Part shown: one piece after another, positions 25,618 through 38,185 of the stretch
Numbering within the stretch: the stretch's first letter is position 1
Layout: the number at the start of each line of letters is the position of its first letter
Origin: Podospora anserina
Lineage: Eukaryota
Reading direction: 5' to 3'
Length of the DNA: 64,000 nt
Assembly (NCBI GenBank): GCA_017654855.1
Contig: CM030332.1
Location: 2,170,001-2,234,000 of the forward strand
Made by a program: the position numbers and the translations under genes
The notes under the pieces: generated by a model
Seen by the model: the letters and a program-made list of their open reading frames with translations, nothing else
Database searches by the model: none
What the model was told of the DNA's origin: nothing

Positions 25618-26320
25618 TGGCGGAGTGTGAATCATGCAATGCAAAGCAGTGGCGTGTTGCCGAAAGGATTTTGACATTTTCTGGGGAAGAGGTGGGACAT
25701 GATTGGTTTTTGGTTTATGAGATGCGGCTACAGGAAGCCAAGAGATCTATCTCTCTAGATACATAGGCCAAAAACGTGGCACAGATTGCTTCATTTGAAT
25801 TGACCTGGTCGAAGGCAGGACACAAGAGGGAGAACAGACTTCCACGCATAAAATGATGGTCACTGGCTCCCCGGAGGTGTGTGACACAGCATTGCTGAAC
25901 TCTGCGCTCTCGAAAAGAAATTCGGCAAATGTCAAAGGTGCCAGGTCATTCATCAGGAGTTCCCCTCATGATTGGGCTTCTTTTATATTGTATTGCCGCC
26001 CTAGATATTGCACCCCATCTTGGCCAATATCAGGCTGCGAGGCCCGCAAGTCCGGATTTCAAAACATTCCGCCAATAGGTATATCACATGAAAGTCACCA
26101 CAAAGCAGTTTCTTAAAGCAAATTCAAAACAATCTATTGCAGCAAAACTACCACTGGTATCTATCCCAAATCACAACCCAACTCCAATGCTCCAATGCAA
26201 TGCAGTTTACTAGTGATTATCGTCCTAAAGCCCATCCGAGAGGTAAAAATACCGAAATCAACAAAAGCCATAGCTGAGATTGGAGTTGCCAACCCAGCAG
26301 GTGTACTGATCATATGTGAC

Positions 26321-28136
26321 CTAAGGGTTGCTGACGTAGCTTCTCGCCTGTCTGAGGTCCTCCATATCGTGGTGCTCTCTCGCGTTCGCCTTTTCCACAT
26401 CCGAGTCCATGTGGTCGTCGTCACCACCAAAAGCATACTTGCTGCGCGCTCTGATCCTCGCGCCGTATCTCCAGAACAGAAACGGAATGGCACAGCAGGC
26501 AAGAGCCAAGAAGGCCAGGAAAGTACTGGCCCATTGATCACCCATCCTGTCATACATTTGCTCGGTGAAAAGCACGACACCAGCGCCCCAGAAAGATCGA
26601 ATAAACGTCTTGGCAGCAAGTGCTGAAGCGGCCTGGTGCTGATAAGAGTCGACAAGATAGTTGTTGGCCGCGTTGTACAGGAAGATGAAGCCAAAACCAA
26701 CGGGAAGACCAGCAAGGCAAGGGCCAACCCAGGTCAGATGTGGGTATGAAGACCAAGCAAAGATGAACATGCCGATGGGGATGAACCAGCAGCTCAGCAT
26801 CATTGGAATCAAACGAACCTCGGCAGGTGGCTTTCCGCCGTGCTTGGCCACCAAAGTGAGATAGTGCTTGTTGACCCACGGGGAGCAGGCGGCCGAGAGC
26901 ACGACGCCGACAGCAATGGGAATAAACATCAAGCCAGTAATACCAGATGAGTACCCCTTCCTGACCTCGAAAATAATAGGGTATGCGACGAAGAACATGT
27001 ACAGAAGGCCATAGAGAACCGACATGTACAGACTGATGAGGAGAACGATGAGCTCGCGGAAGAGAAGCTGGAATGGACGAATCATGAAGACACCCATGCG
27101 CTCCTTGAGGGGTCTTGGGTCGAGCTCAGCCTCGGTGACATGGCCATTGTCGCCTGTCTCCTTGCGAAGTCTCTTGGCTCTGGCGGCAAGGATGGTTGGT
27201 GCGTAAGTCTCGGGAACGGTGAAGGTGATGAGGACCCAGACAACGAAAGAGAAGATGAGCTGAATCCAATAGAGCCATCTCCAGCCAGCAGCATCAGACA
27301 AGAAACCGCCGATCAATGGACCAACTGTTCATTGTTAGCTTTGTGGTCAGACTGGAGAAAACTAGGGGATCCTTACTTGCGGGGCCAATAAAGGGGGCGG
27401 CGGAGAAAGCAGCCATGGGAACACCTCGCTCCTCGTTCCTCCAGAGATCTGCCAGGGTGCCGCCTACCAATGTCATGGGCGCAGAAAATGCAATGCCATC
27501 GATAGTTCTGCAAACAATGAGGGTCCCGATGTTCTTGGAGACAGCGCATGGGATGATGAAGATGACGGCCAGCAATAGAGTTGAGCCATATATGATTCGT
27601 CTCCCGAAGACCTCAGAAAGAGGAGCAAAAATCATAGGACCTGGGCGTCACAATATCAGCACACATACTGCCAAACCAAGACATTACAATGCTGTTGACT
27701 TACCAACACCAAAACCAACAACGAATACCGAGATGGGAACAAGCGCAGCCTCATGGCTGACTCCAAAAGACTCCTGAACGCCACCAACATCCGAAGTGAC
27801 AACACTGGAACAAAAAGCGACAACGAAGCATGTAACTGCCACAACCATGGTGATGTACCACTTGTACGCCTTTGACCAGTTTTTCGGGTCATCGGGATCT
27901 CCTGGAGCGAAGGTGACCAGTTTGTACTCCTGACGTGTATCTGCTGCCCCAGCTAGTTTTCCGTGCTTCTCGGCCGGTGCTGGAACTTGTGGTCTTGTCT
28001 CGGGGGAACGATCAGCTGAACTCCGTGCAGAGGCGGCATTGGGTTCCGGTGAGATGATGGAAGCATAGTGAGCATTGTCGTCGCTGTCGTATGGGTATGG
28101 GGGTACTTGGCCCGTGGCGGATGTCGGTGCTGCCAT
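26321..28136 (-). CDS. MFS transporter, DHA1 family (Tpo-like polyamine/multidrug exporter)
   Basis: [60 protein letters not shown]. Two introns (about 27640-27703 and about 27324-27376). Confidence 0.93.
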
Positions 28137-30470
28137 GTTGAAGAGCCTCTCCTCCTCTATTAATCGATATATTGATGCTGGATCCCGACTGCGAAGTTGA
28201 TGATGAATGAGCGACCTGCGGTGTCGTATTACAGGGAGCGAATGATAAACGAATGTGATCCAAACATCCCACTCGAAACCTGGCTGTGTACTATTCTGGA
28301 ACGATATCTGAATCCATCACGGCGGCTCCAGAGACTTATATCTTCGAAATGGGAGTGCCCGTGGCGGTCTTTGCTCGGGAGCGTTCGGTGGTTCCCCTGC
28401 ACGAAGCTGCCATTCCCTGTGCCGATCATGGACGAACGCCATTCGCGATACCAAACATCGCGGCCGTCGTCCCTTGAGCCGCACGGGTCTTGGATAGCAT
28501 GAGGAAGATGTAACCAATGCGGGTGTCCAGATAACTGGGGCCTGGAACGTTGTCACTCATTCTTTCTGCCCTAGGGGTGGCAACAATGGAGCCATGAAAC
28601 AGCATCAGGGATCCCCTCGCTCACAGCTCACGCAGGTCAGGGCCGAGCCGATAGCGATTGTCAGGAGCGTAAATGACGATGCCAAGGCACGTGGGATCAT
28701 ACATCGCTGTTCCTGGGATTGACGGGAAATAAGTGGGCGGAGGCTTGTGTTGATTGGCGGTGATCTTCGGCATCGCGCGGTCACCATAACCGCGAGGACA
28801 TTCGCGCCCCATCATAAGATAAATACAGCTGTGAGGTCGGGCGCCGACGTCGACGTCCCGGCTGCCATCGGTTACAATAAGATGATGCCAGTGAAAATTT
28901 TTCCAGCCTGTTGAGATGGTCCTGGAGGTGCTGTCTCGTCACCGCCATTTGAGATAGTTCTGTAAAAATGTCATGTCAATCTCACAAGTAGTTCAGACGT
29001 CAAGGAGGATGGGATGGCAGATCCGATCTGCAATGGCATCTTTTCGTTCGATATCGAAACTGCCTGAAGCATGCTCAACTCGAGTTTTTCCAATATCGTC
29101 CAGCAGTTCAAGATGTGAAACTATCGCCACGCCCGCTCTCCGTTCGGTCGGGATGTTCGGAAGGTGACACAAGCGGCTGTACTCGGAGCCACCAGGGGTG
29201 GAGAATGACTCGTGAGGTTTTCTGCATGGAAGTTGTGGGTCATGGCATCTTTGGAAACAGCGCGAAGTTGCTAGTCTTTCAGAAAGCAAGAGAAAATAGC
29301 GGGCTGGAGGATGGATGTCCGGATGTTGAGTGAGAGAGGTGCTCATTGTAGGGGGTCGGCCAATTCTTCTTGTGTTTGGGGGTGTGAAGGAAGCTGGGGT
29401 GACGGGGTGTGAAATTCTTTGGTGCTCGCTTAAGAAAACAAGCTTTCCGAAAGCTTGGCTCTGCTCCGTCCCGGCGACACAACCTTGCCCACGGCCACCG
29501 GCTCGACCCACTCTCATCCAAACTGCAAAACCTACGGAGACGGAGTAGTAAGTACAGTAAGAATTCTCAGTTCTCAACGAACTTGAGCTGTCATCAAATA
29601 ATTGACTAGGTACCTCGAAATCAGGATGCCAGTGACAGTCCCTCATGGCCAGGTTTAAGACGGGAATGAAGACCACATTTGGATTGTAGAACACTCTTGA
29701 GGGACTGAGACGCAAGATAAATCACCAGCTTTCTATAAGCCATCTCGCCGAGAGATAGGATGAATTATATTGATCCAGCCCCTTCTTAAACACTGCAATT
29801 CCCCGACTCATAAGTCGTCGGAAGACCTCTTTCCACTGCTTGTGATGGATGCCAAGTACCCCTCCTGAGTTTTGCGGTCATGTCATTAAAAGGTGATACC
29901 TGGAAATGCATTGATTTATTTGAGGTTGACCATCTGCCACAACTTATTTGTCTGTGAGACTGTGGCAGCAAGTTGATATTGAAACATCAAAACTTTTGTC
30001 TTCCACTATCTGCAAGTTGTTTGGGTCACTAAACCCTCAGGGACTGTAGTGGGAACACATTATACAAGCAGAGCCCAAGGCGACTGTGGTTGATGAACGA
30101 TTGGTGACAAAAGCAAACGAGACTAGGTATGATGGGGACAAGGACATGAGGTTGCTGCGATTGATTTTGCAAACTCGTATGGACGTTTCAAACACGGTGA
30201 ATTCGAATGAAAACGGCTGCCAATGCCCGCTCCATGTTGGCAAAAGTCTTAAGCAATGGGAAAAGATACGATCCGTCACACTTGGTGCATAGAAAAGGAA
30301 TCTGGACCTATCTATTTGTCCTTCTAGTTTCTTTTCTCGCAATAGCTGTTTATAAGCTACTAAGCCCAGTTGTAATATCCTTCATCGAATATTAAAGGTA
30401 TAAGAAGAAGCCAGAACGTTGCCAATTATAAGACCATCTACTTGCTTTGTCAGCACGTGACAAGCGAATA

Positions 30471-30544
30471 TCCTCTGTGGCGCAATTGGCTAGCGCGTCT
30501 GACTGTTAATCAGGAGGTTGGAAGTTCGAGCCTTCCCGGAGGAG
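30471..30544 (+). tRNA. tRNA-Asn(GTT)
   Basis: Canonical cloverleaf: acceptor TCCTCTG/CGGAGGA, anticodon GTT at 30505-30507, T loop TTCGAGC, T-rich terminator downstream. Confidence 0.96.
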
Positions 30545-30976
30545 TTCTTTTTGTTCCTCCTCTCAACCTGCTGCAAGGTCCTTCTAAAAACCACTGTCAG
30601 TTTTTATGACCATCCATCAAAGTGGTCAGCCAGTGTGAAGAGCATTGTGGGATGGCTCTGCTCTTTTCATAAGAGTTTGTTCTCGGCCGAGACCTTGCAT
30701 GGGTTGATGTGTGGTGGATCCGCACGTGACGATTGGCTGCAAATGCCAATGGCCTGTCGGGCTCTGGGTGCCGCGTCCAATCCAGATTACGGTATTTCCA
30801 AAGTTTCATTTCATCCTCCTTGCAACACCAGCTTTTTGCGCACCGGTTTCCCGATTTACCGCCGGTAAAGATCGATACGCAAACGCGGGCCACAGACCGT
30901 CCAGTTGTCCAAAAACAACCACAGTCTCAAGTCTGGCCAGCAGCGCCTTCGATCCCCGGTTCACAACCTGGCTTTA

Positions 30977-32322
30977 ATGGGAAGACAGCCCGGCTGGAGC
31001 AGGCCGTACGACGGAGACATGCCCCGTCACATCGATCAAGATGTCCACAGCGCCTTTGTGGAATTTCGCAATGGCAGTAAGTTGGGTCACCTTACCGTCG
31101 TCACCGTATTGACAGTACCCGTACCCGTACCCACGCGCCACCGCCGCGTACACAACACATACATCACATACACCATGATACCTTACATGCTGCCCTCTGC
31201 TAACCTTGCCGTCATTGCGCTCCACACGTAGGCGAACCCAAGTGCATGTCGGTGCAATGCCTCTACTGCAACCAGACCCGCGCCAAAAACACCACGCGCC
31301 AGAAGCAGCACCTGCTCCAATGCGCCCCCTATCTCGCTGCCCACCCCGAGGTAGCTCTCCAGGCCTCGGCCGCCGCAGACGAAGCCGCAGCTGCTGGCTC
31401 GTCGTCTGAACCACAACATGGCCACCCCGATGCCTCCCAATACCCGAACCCCAATCCCCCGCCGGGTGAGCATACCAACCTCGGTTTCATGCCAAACCCA
31501 CGCATAAATGGCACCCCAAACCAGATGCCCGGCCATGGAGGACGTGCTTCGATAGGCGCGCCGGATGGAACACCGGCCGCGAAGCGCCAAAAGACGAAAA
31601 ACTCCAATCTTCCCGAGATACCCCTCCGCGAAGTCCACGCTGCCTTTGCCGAGTTTAAAGCCAAGGACGATGACAAGTGCATGTCTGCGCGCTGTTTACA
31701 CTGCAACCAGGTCCGGGCGAAGAACACCTCCAGGCAGCGGGAGCATCTGATGGTGTGCCCCGGCTACCAGAGCGTGCTGAAGGAGAAGATCCCCGCGAAC
31801 AACCTCCGTCACCAATTTGACGAGGATGATGTCGCCAGCTCACTGGCGCTGCCTACCCCGTCCTTGACACTTGACTTCCGGATGAGTATCCGGGTCAAGC
31901 CAAAGCTCAGCATCGGCACTGCCAACTTTGGCCGGGAAAGCTGGATTTCGTGCGTTGGCGGTCAGTGGGCTGGGAGGTTTGGTAAGGGCATCCTGCTGCC
32001 TGGCGGCCAGGACAAGCAGACTATGGTCAAGGACATGGCTACGAGGATTGATGCGAGCTATCTTTTACAAACTAATGACGAACAACCTGCCTTGATTACA
32101 TGCAAGGTCAAGGGCTGGTGGACGGGGGATCGGGATGTCATGGAACGGCTGCAGGACCCGGTGGCGGCCGACAATGTGGCTGCTCACCGGTATTTGTTCC
32201 GTGTGGTCATCGAGCTGGAGACGGGCGATGAGCGGTATGCAGATGTCAACACTGGGTTGTGGGTGGGGAGCGGGTGTAGGAGGGGTGCAGAGATTGTTTA
32301 TGATGCCCACCGCGTCAGTTAG
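30977..32322 (+). CDS. Two BED-like CxxC...HLxxC zinc fingers fused to a C-terminal DUF3237/UPF0311 domain
   Basis: Intron 31077-31231. Repeats QCLYCNQTRAKNTTRQKQHLLQC and RCLHCNQVRAKNTSRQREHLMVC; NLS-like PAAKRQK; C-terminal GG.W.G...G.LLPGGQD, RIDASYLLQT, YLFR...LETGDERY, WVGSG.R....VYDA motifs. Confidence 0.85.
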
Positions 32323-32530
32323 TTCTGGCTGCGGTTGTTTGAGGACACAAAAGCGCGTATCATTACATCCTCCTTTGCTGGGAGATCTCTACAATTTTTC
32401 ACTGTAGATTTATTCGAATTGTACTTCTTCACCAGTATGGGTAGTGGGATATAGGGGCAGGGGGGCTGAAATGATACCAACTTTGTTTGAGAGCCTTCAT
32501 TCCATCCCTACATTTTGGCGGTGGTTATCG

Positions 32531-33549
32531 TCAGTAAAACACCAAGCACCTCACCTCCACGCTTTCTCTGTCTGCTGCGGTTATGTGCTCTGGATCTTCA
32601 ACCGCACAGTGCGGCACTCTTCGAGCTGGACAGGTTAGATCACTGTCGAAACACTTGATGAGGATTACTTCTGTGGGCTGCTGGTGGTGTTTGTAGTACC
32701 ACTTGTGACTGCTGGAAGGCTTGGGCTTCTTGACGGTCCAGGACTCGTTGCGTTTACCGGTCTTGAGGTAGATGATGGAGGCGGGGAGGAGGTCGGTGTC
32801 GGGGACTGAGGGGGCAGAGCAGAGGGCTAGGGGGTCTCTCAGGATGGGGGAGAGGGGACGCCAGATCTGGGGGTGGTTGTTAGGTAGGTTGAGTGGGTGT
32901 TTTCCGGGAGGGAAAGGGGGGTGGGTTACATTGATGATCTGCCATCGCTTCTGGCTGACTGCCGTAAAGTCAGTTTCGTTGGGGAACTGCTCCCTCAGCC
33001 TGAGGACCGCCCCGTCGTAGGATTGGTCGACATGGGCTCTATGCAAGGGGCCTCGGCAGGCGGCGTTGTTCTCTTTGATGCTGTGCCAGTGGGAGGGACC
33101 GCGCCGAACCTTGTGGTCGAAGGCTAGAACGTTGGAGGCGTTCGTGCTTGGGTGGGGGTTTAGCAACATGGTCATTGGTGCGGGTAAGGATGCGTGACGG
33201 ACAGGTCTCGGATGAGGCGCTCACACTCCCTGTAGTAGTCGTGTGCTATCTGCTGTTCGTCGTGGAAGGCCGAAAAGGAGGTGGGTTTGGTGTGGTATTG
33301 GAAGCCGTGGGTGTCAAGGGTGAATGTCGATTCATGACCGGTGATATCGGTGACTGTCACGGGAATGGCAATCATGGGGCGGGAGTTGTTGACTTGGGTA
33401 CTGGAAAAGGGGGGTGTTGGTGAGTGAGACGAGAGGGAGCGGTGACAGAAGGGGGGCATGAGATACCTTCCCACGTATACCGGTGTTGGGGGGGTGCCAT
33501 CCTCTGGATCATCGTAGTGGTTGATCGTTGTGCGGATGTGGTGGCCCAT
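32531..33549 (-). CDS. AsaB/CmcJ/NvfI-like Fe(II)/2-oxoglutarate oxygenase (GA4-desaturase-like family)
   Basis: FTLDTHGF, YYRECERL, FDHKVRR, AHVDQS (HxD), INIWRPL..PILRDPLALC, HKWYY, IKCFDS, RVPHCA, RESVEVRCLVF. Three introns. Confidence 0.9.
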
Positions 33550-36500
33550 GGTGGAATGTGATGATCCCTGTGTGAATCCCTCACCGGGGACCTGGATGAC
33601 GGAGGCAGATCCGTCAGGGGTGAGGCTGCTGGTTGTCTGCACGTCTTCTCGGGCTTACTCTGCATATGCCGGATGTTCACTTCACTCCACGAACTGCTTC
33701 GGTGATCAAAGATAAAGAAGAAAGAGCAACTGGTCTGCTACGTTACCACTGTGGTTTAAACCGTCACAATATAGCCAGTTTTTGACCAGTTACCCCGCTT
33801 TCTTACCAGATGCTTGCTCTGGAGTTCGGTCCCCCATCTCGCCAAAACCCTTGACAGCCATTACCACACTGTAAGCAAACCTTTTTATTCATGCATTATC
33901 ATATTCAACCCGAAACTCGAACTTATCTAGCAAAGAGGTTGATTTAAGCTCTTTGAACCCTGGACGACGTTGCAGGCCTGTGGACCAATTCCTCGGTGTT
34001 TGCCACTTTACCCCCTTGTTTAGCCTGCATTCTGACCTCTCGGCTATGAGGTTCTAAGTGCAGCAAAAGAAAACATGAAAAAAAGATAGACCGCTTCTAG
34101 AACCTCTCAACCACAATCTTTGACGCCCAGTGCTGTAAGATAAAAGGTCTCGCATCCGCGGAGCTGTCAAACATCAAACCTGTCAAGAAGTCGACCTGCA
34201 TAGCTTCTCCGCAGATCTTATATATATTTTCTAAGACATGCAGCGGCGAGGTCATAGGAAATCACATCAAGGCGCAGCATGGTTAGCTTTTCAAACAATC
34301 AGACCACTCCAAGCAACGGCTGTGGTCTTGATGAGCAACTCCGTCGTAAGCCAGAATAATAGTGAACTCGGGATCGCAGGTGCATGACAAGCATGTACAC
34401 TCTTCGGCCACCAAGCTGTATGTCCTCGGAACGAGTCTGAAGTCAAGGCTCACGAGAGGTCGGCTTCGAGCCAATCTCTAAGCCCGCTGACAAATAACGA
34501 CAGTCATCGCGGATGACTGGTGTGGTGTTCTTTCACAAGGTGAAGGTTTCGTCCAGCAACGGGCAGCATGCCAAAGGCAGAGATGCGGAATTCAGAAGTG
34601 GAATGAACACCAGTGTAAGTAGGTAATGGAGCTTTGTTGATGTGTCCCTGCAACTGCCGTGAGCACCCCAATTCATTCGTGGGGGTATGCTGGTTACCTG
34701 TCCCTCTTACACGCCTTCTCTCGATACCTTTTGGGTGTGGTATTGCAGGTGGGCGGGCCGTGCCTCGGGGATATGACAAAACGAGACCGAGGTTCCTGAC
34801 CCCCAATACCTGACTGAGCTGGGGACCTGGTGTCTCTGGGAAGATACGTGCTCAGTTCACTTGTGGGACGCTTCTTCCAAGGCATCAACATGTCGCTGTC
34901 CTTGCCTTTGTAGCACATGTGAGCAGTCATAAAAAGTTGAGCAGTGAGGTTCCATCAGAGGTCCGGACTGCACTGCTGGAGACACCTCAGAGCGGCCCAG
35001 TATTTGTTGCGTGCTGGTGGCTTGCATGGGATCCCTGGTGCTGCTGATCCCCAACGAATAAGAAATGGCTGGCCACCGTCATGCAGCAGCGTGCCATTCC
35101 GAGGCTCGCAACGGAGCAGCTGTGGGAATTCAACCACGTAAGTGGAACTTCGCCGAAATCAACTAGCAATAGCGTAAATGGGCGGCCCGCGACGGGAGTG
35201 AGGAAAACCCAAGAAGCTGGCCGTGGATGTGGATGTGGCCAAGCACCAAGTTGGATGAAGCAACCGGGAATGATACCGGGGGGGCTTCTCTGGGTCATCC
35301 CCCCCACAAAAGATGCCTGAACTATTGGCGGGATTTAATCCGGTACTATGCTAGCGGGTCCCTGGCCCCGCTGTTGGTCCATTTCACTGGTCCAGGGAGA
35401 GCTTTGACAGGTGAGAACGAGGAGGGCAGATAGGTGTTGGCTCTGTCGTTCGCCGGTCTCCCTCTGAGCCTGTCACGATGCAGGCAATAAATGGCCTAGA
35501 GATAACCGAGCGAATGGTCTCCCTTGGGACACGAACGCTGCCTGTCAGCCGAGCCACGACAAATCGCGAGCGGCCCGAGGAGAGGGGGAAGAAAAGGTGA
35601 GTATGTGTGCTGGTGGTGATGAGGTTATCGCGACGGCCGATAAACCATATAACGACATGGGTCTAGGATTGTTACAAGGACCTAGAGGGCATGCTCCGTC
35701 CTGCCCTGAGCCCTTCGAACATTGCGTCCCTGTGTCCCTTTGGTAGGTCGCTTCGGGGACTCGGAGCACTGCGCTGTCGATCGACCAAACTGTCAAACTA
35801 GGGTCCCAGACATCTCAATGCTTTTTGTCGCTCTGCCACGTTCGATGTGCATTCTGATACCTAATACTTGCATGCTTCTTTTGGCAAATATCTCTTTTCT
35901 GTCACTGACAGCTCTCTTGAGCCCGCCGTGGCCCACGAAGCTAAAAGCGGCCGTCCCCTGGAACTGACACCACGAGTCTGGCGTCAACACTCCAGTTAGG
36001 TATACATCACCAAGCTTCGCACCCCAGTCAACTGCGGAATACAAGGGCCCAGGATCGGCCACACTTGGGCAAGGTGGCGCCGGGGAACTGAGGCACTGCG
36101 CGCGATTGCGGATTCGGTACCCAAAAGCCAAGCAGCCTCACCACCTTCGCTCCTCTTCACCAGACTTCGCACCTCGGCAAGCGTATAACCCGTCCAACCA
36201 CTGTCCTAGGCCTGTGGCTGGAACAGTCCATGAGCGTCGGCTCTGCTGATTACTGCATATTGGCGTCCCCCTACAACACGTTGCGACCTCTCCGACCACA
36301 TTATTTGGGAAATTGACACAGCTGCGTCAAACTTGGCATGAAACCCAAGAGGGGAGGCAGAGAAACCGTGCCCAGTGACCCCCCGGGGTGTCTCAGAGAC
36401 AGCTTACCAGGCAGAGTCACTGAAAGGGGAGTCTCGGGCGGGGGTAGCAACCAGTTCAGTCACCAAGACACGGACGAGCTCACCGCGCAGCCTACAACAC

Positions 36501-36721
36501 AGCGGGTCCCTGCCCGCTTCCCATTCGGTTACCCTCCGCATTATTAGCCCTGGCTCTCAGTTCGGGTAAGCCCAAGACGGTCTCCTCTACCAGGAAAGCC
36601 CTCTTATCTTCGAACATACCCTCTGTTACCTGGCTGACACCCAAACTAACATCATTTCAGTGCCTATCGGTGCCTATCTTGGATCTATCATCTACACACA
36701 CAGCAGACCAACACAGTGAGA

Positions 36722-38185
36722 ATGGAGCAAACTTCGGGGTGGATTCAGAATAATACAAACCAGGTGGGCAACGTCCCGAGTCCCCTTTCCTCTACCACCT
36801 TTCCCTTCACTCTTGATCCGTCCCTTTTGTTGTCCCTATTCCCCGTGTACCAAGCTTGAGAGCAGATACGCCTGTCCCTATCTTGACATCAGTTTCAGCT
36901 CCCTGGGGAACATTTCGGGCAAGGGCTGCCATCAGACCTCCAACATCGATCAGATACGCGCAGTCATGGATGGACATATGACGAGAACTCGAGCAACCAT
37001 CTCGGCTACCATGACCCCAATCTTCACCACAGCATCACTAATCCCACCGACCTCTCATCATATCATCAGCCCGTGGCAGATGCCAGAATTCCAAGTCCTA
37101 CCTACTTGCACTTGGAAACTTCCTTCGACCAGAGCTCCTCGACTCTAGAAGGCCAGTGGGTTTCGAACAGCCCAATAAGCCCGTCAGTACCTTACGGCGA
37201 CATTGCCTGCACCCTCAGCTCAACCAGCAGTATTCAAACTTCGCCGATGATTTTGAGCCCAGCCAACGATCATTGGACGTATCAGTCTTTCCCGATAAAC
37301 CACACATATGGAGTCTCGTTGAGCCAGCCCGATTCACCCATAGTTTCGGCTCCCTTTGACGCACCACACTCTGCTCGGGAGATGCCGGCGTCATATTTTG
37401 CTGTGTGCATGATGTCCGATACCACATTACCTCTAGACCAAGGGTCGCATGACAGGTCGCTTTCTTCTTCCACGATCCCACCCGAACTCGAACCAGCACC
37501 GACACAGCACCGACAGCATAATGGCAGACCTGCGAGTTTGAACCTGCGGAAGACAACAAAAGCCTCGGGTAAAGGACAACTACCCTCACCCTCAACGAAA
37601 ACAAAGGCGACTCCCCGATCCAAAGACTCCAAGACAGTCTCTCCAGCCAGCTCAAGTTCAATACAACCGCACAAGCAAACGAAGTCAAACGGTCCCAGCT
37701 TGCGCACTGCGACCCGCCGGTTTAGACGCACCCCCGAAGCTCCACCACGACCAGGAGAGTTGGCTGAAGATCAGCGTGCCAGGGAAAATCATAATCAGGT
37801 TGAGAAGGAGTACCGGACCAGGCTGCACAAAAGCTTCGAGGAGCTACTCGAAGCACTGTGTGCTTTGCCGGAAGAGGAACGAGTGATAGCCCGCCACAGC
37901 AAAACAGCTGGCGGAAGTGTGAATGGAGACTATGACGACGACGACGAACATATGGCCATCATTGGGGCCCTGCTGGACGAAAGGACTGGTCTTGGATTGC
38001 CCGCAAACAGGAACACAGGGGGCAAAGGGAAGAAGAAACAGAGGAGAATGAGCAAGGCAGAGGTGCTTCACTACACCTGCCGTGTGCTCAAGTCAATGGG
38101 GGATGGTAATCAGAAACTGAAAGAAGAGGTGGAACGTTTGAGGTCGGAACATGACATGAGGTTGAAGCATACAGGGAGTAGCTGA
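36722..38185 (+). CDS. bHLH transcription factor
   Basis: Exon 36722-36763, intron 36764-36898. RARENHNQVEKEYRTRLHKSFEELL ... MSKAEVLHYTCRVLKSM followed by a short zipper. Confidence 0.9.
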
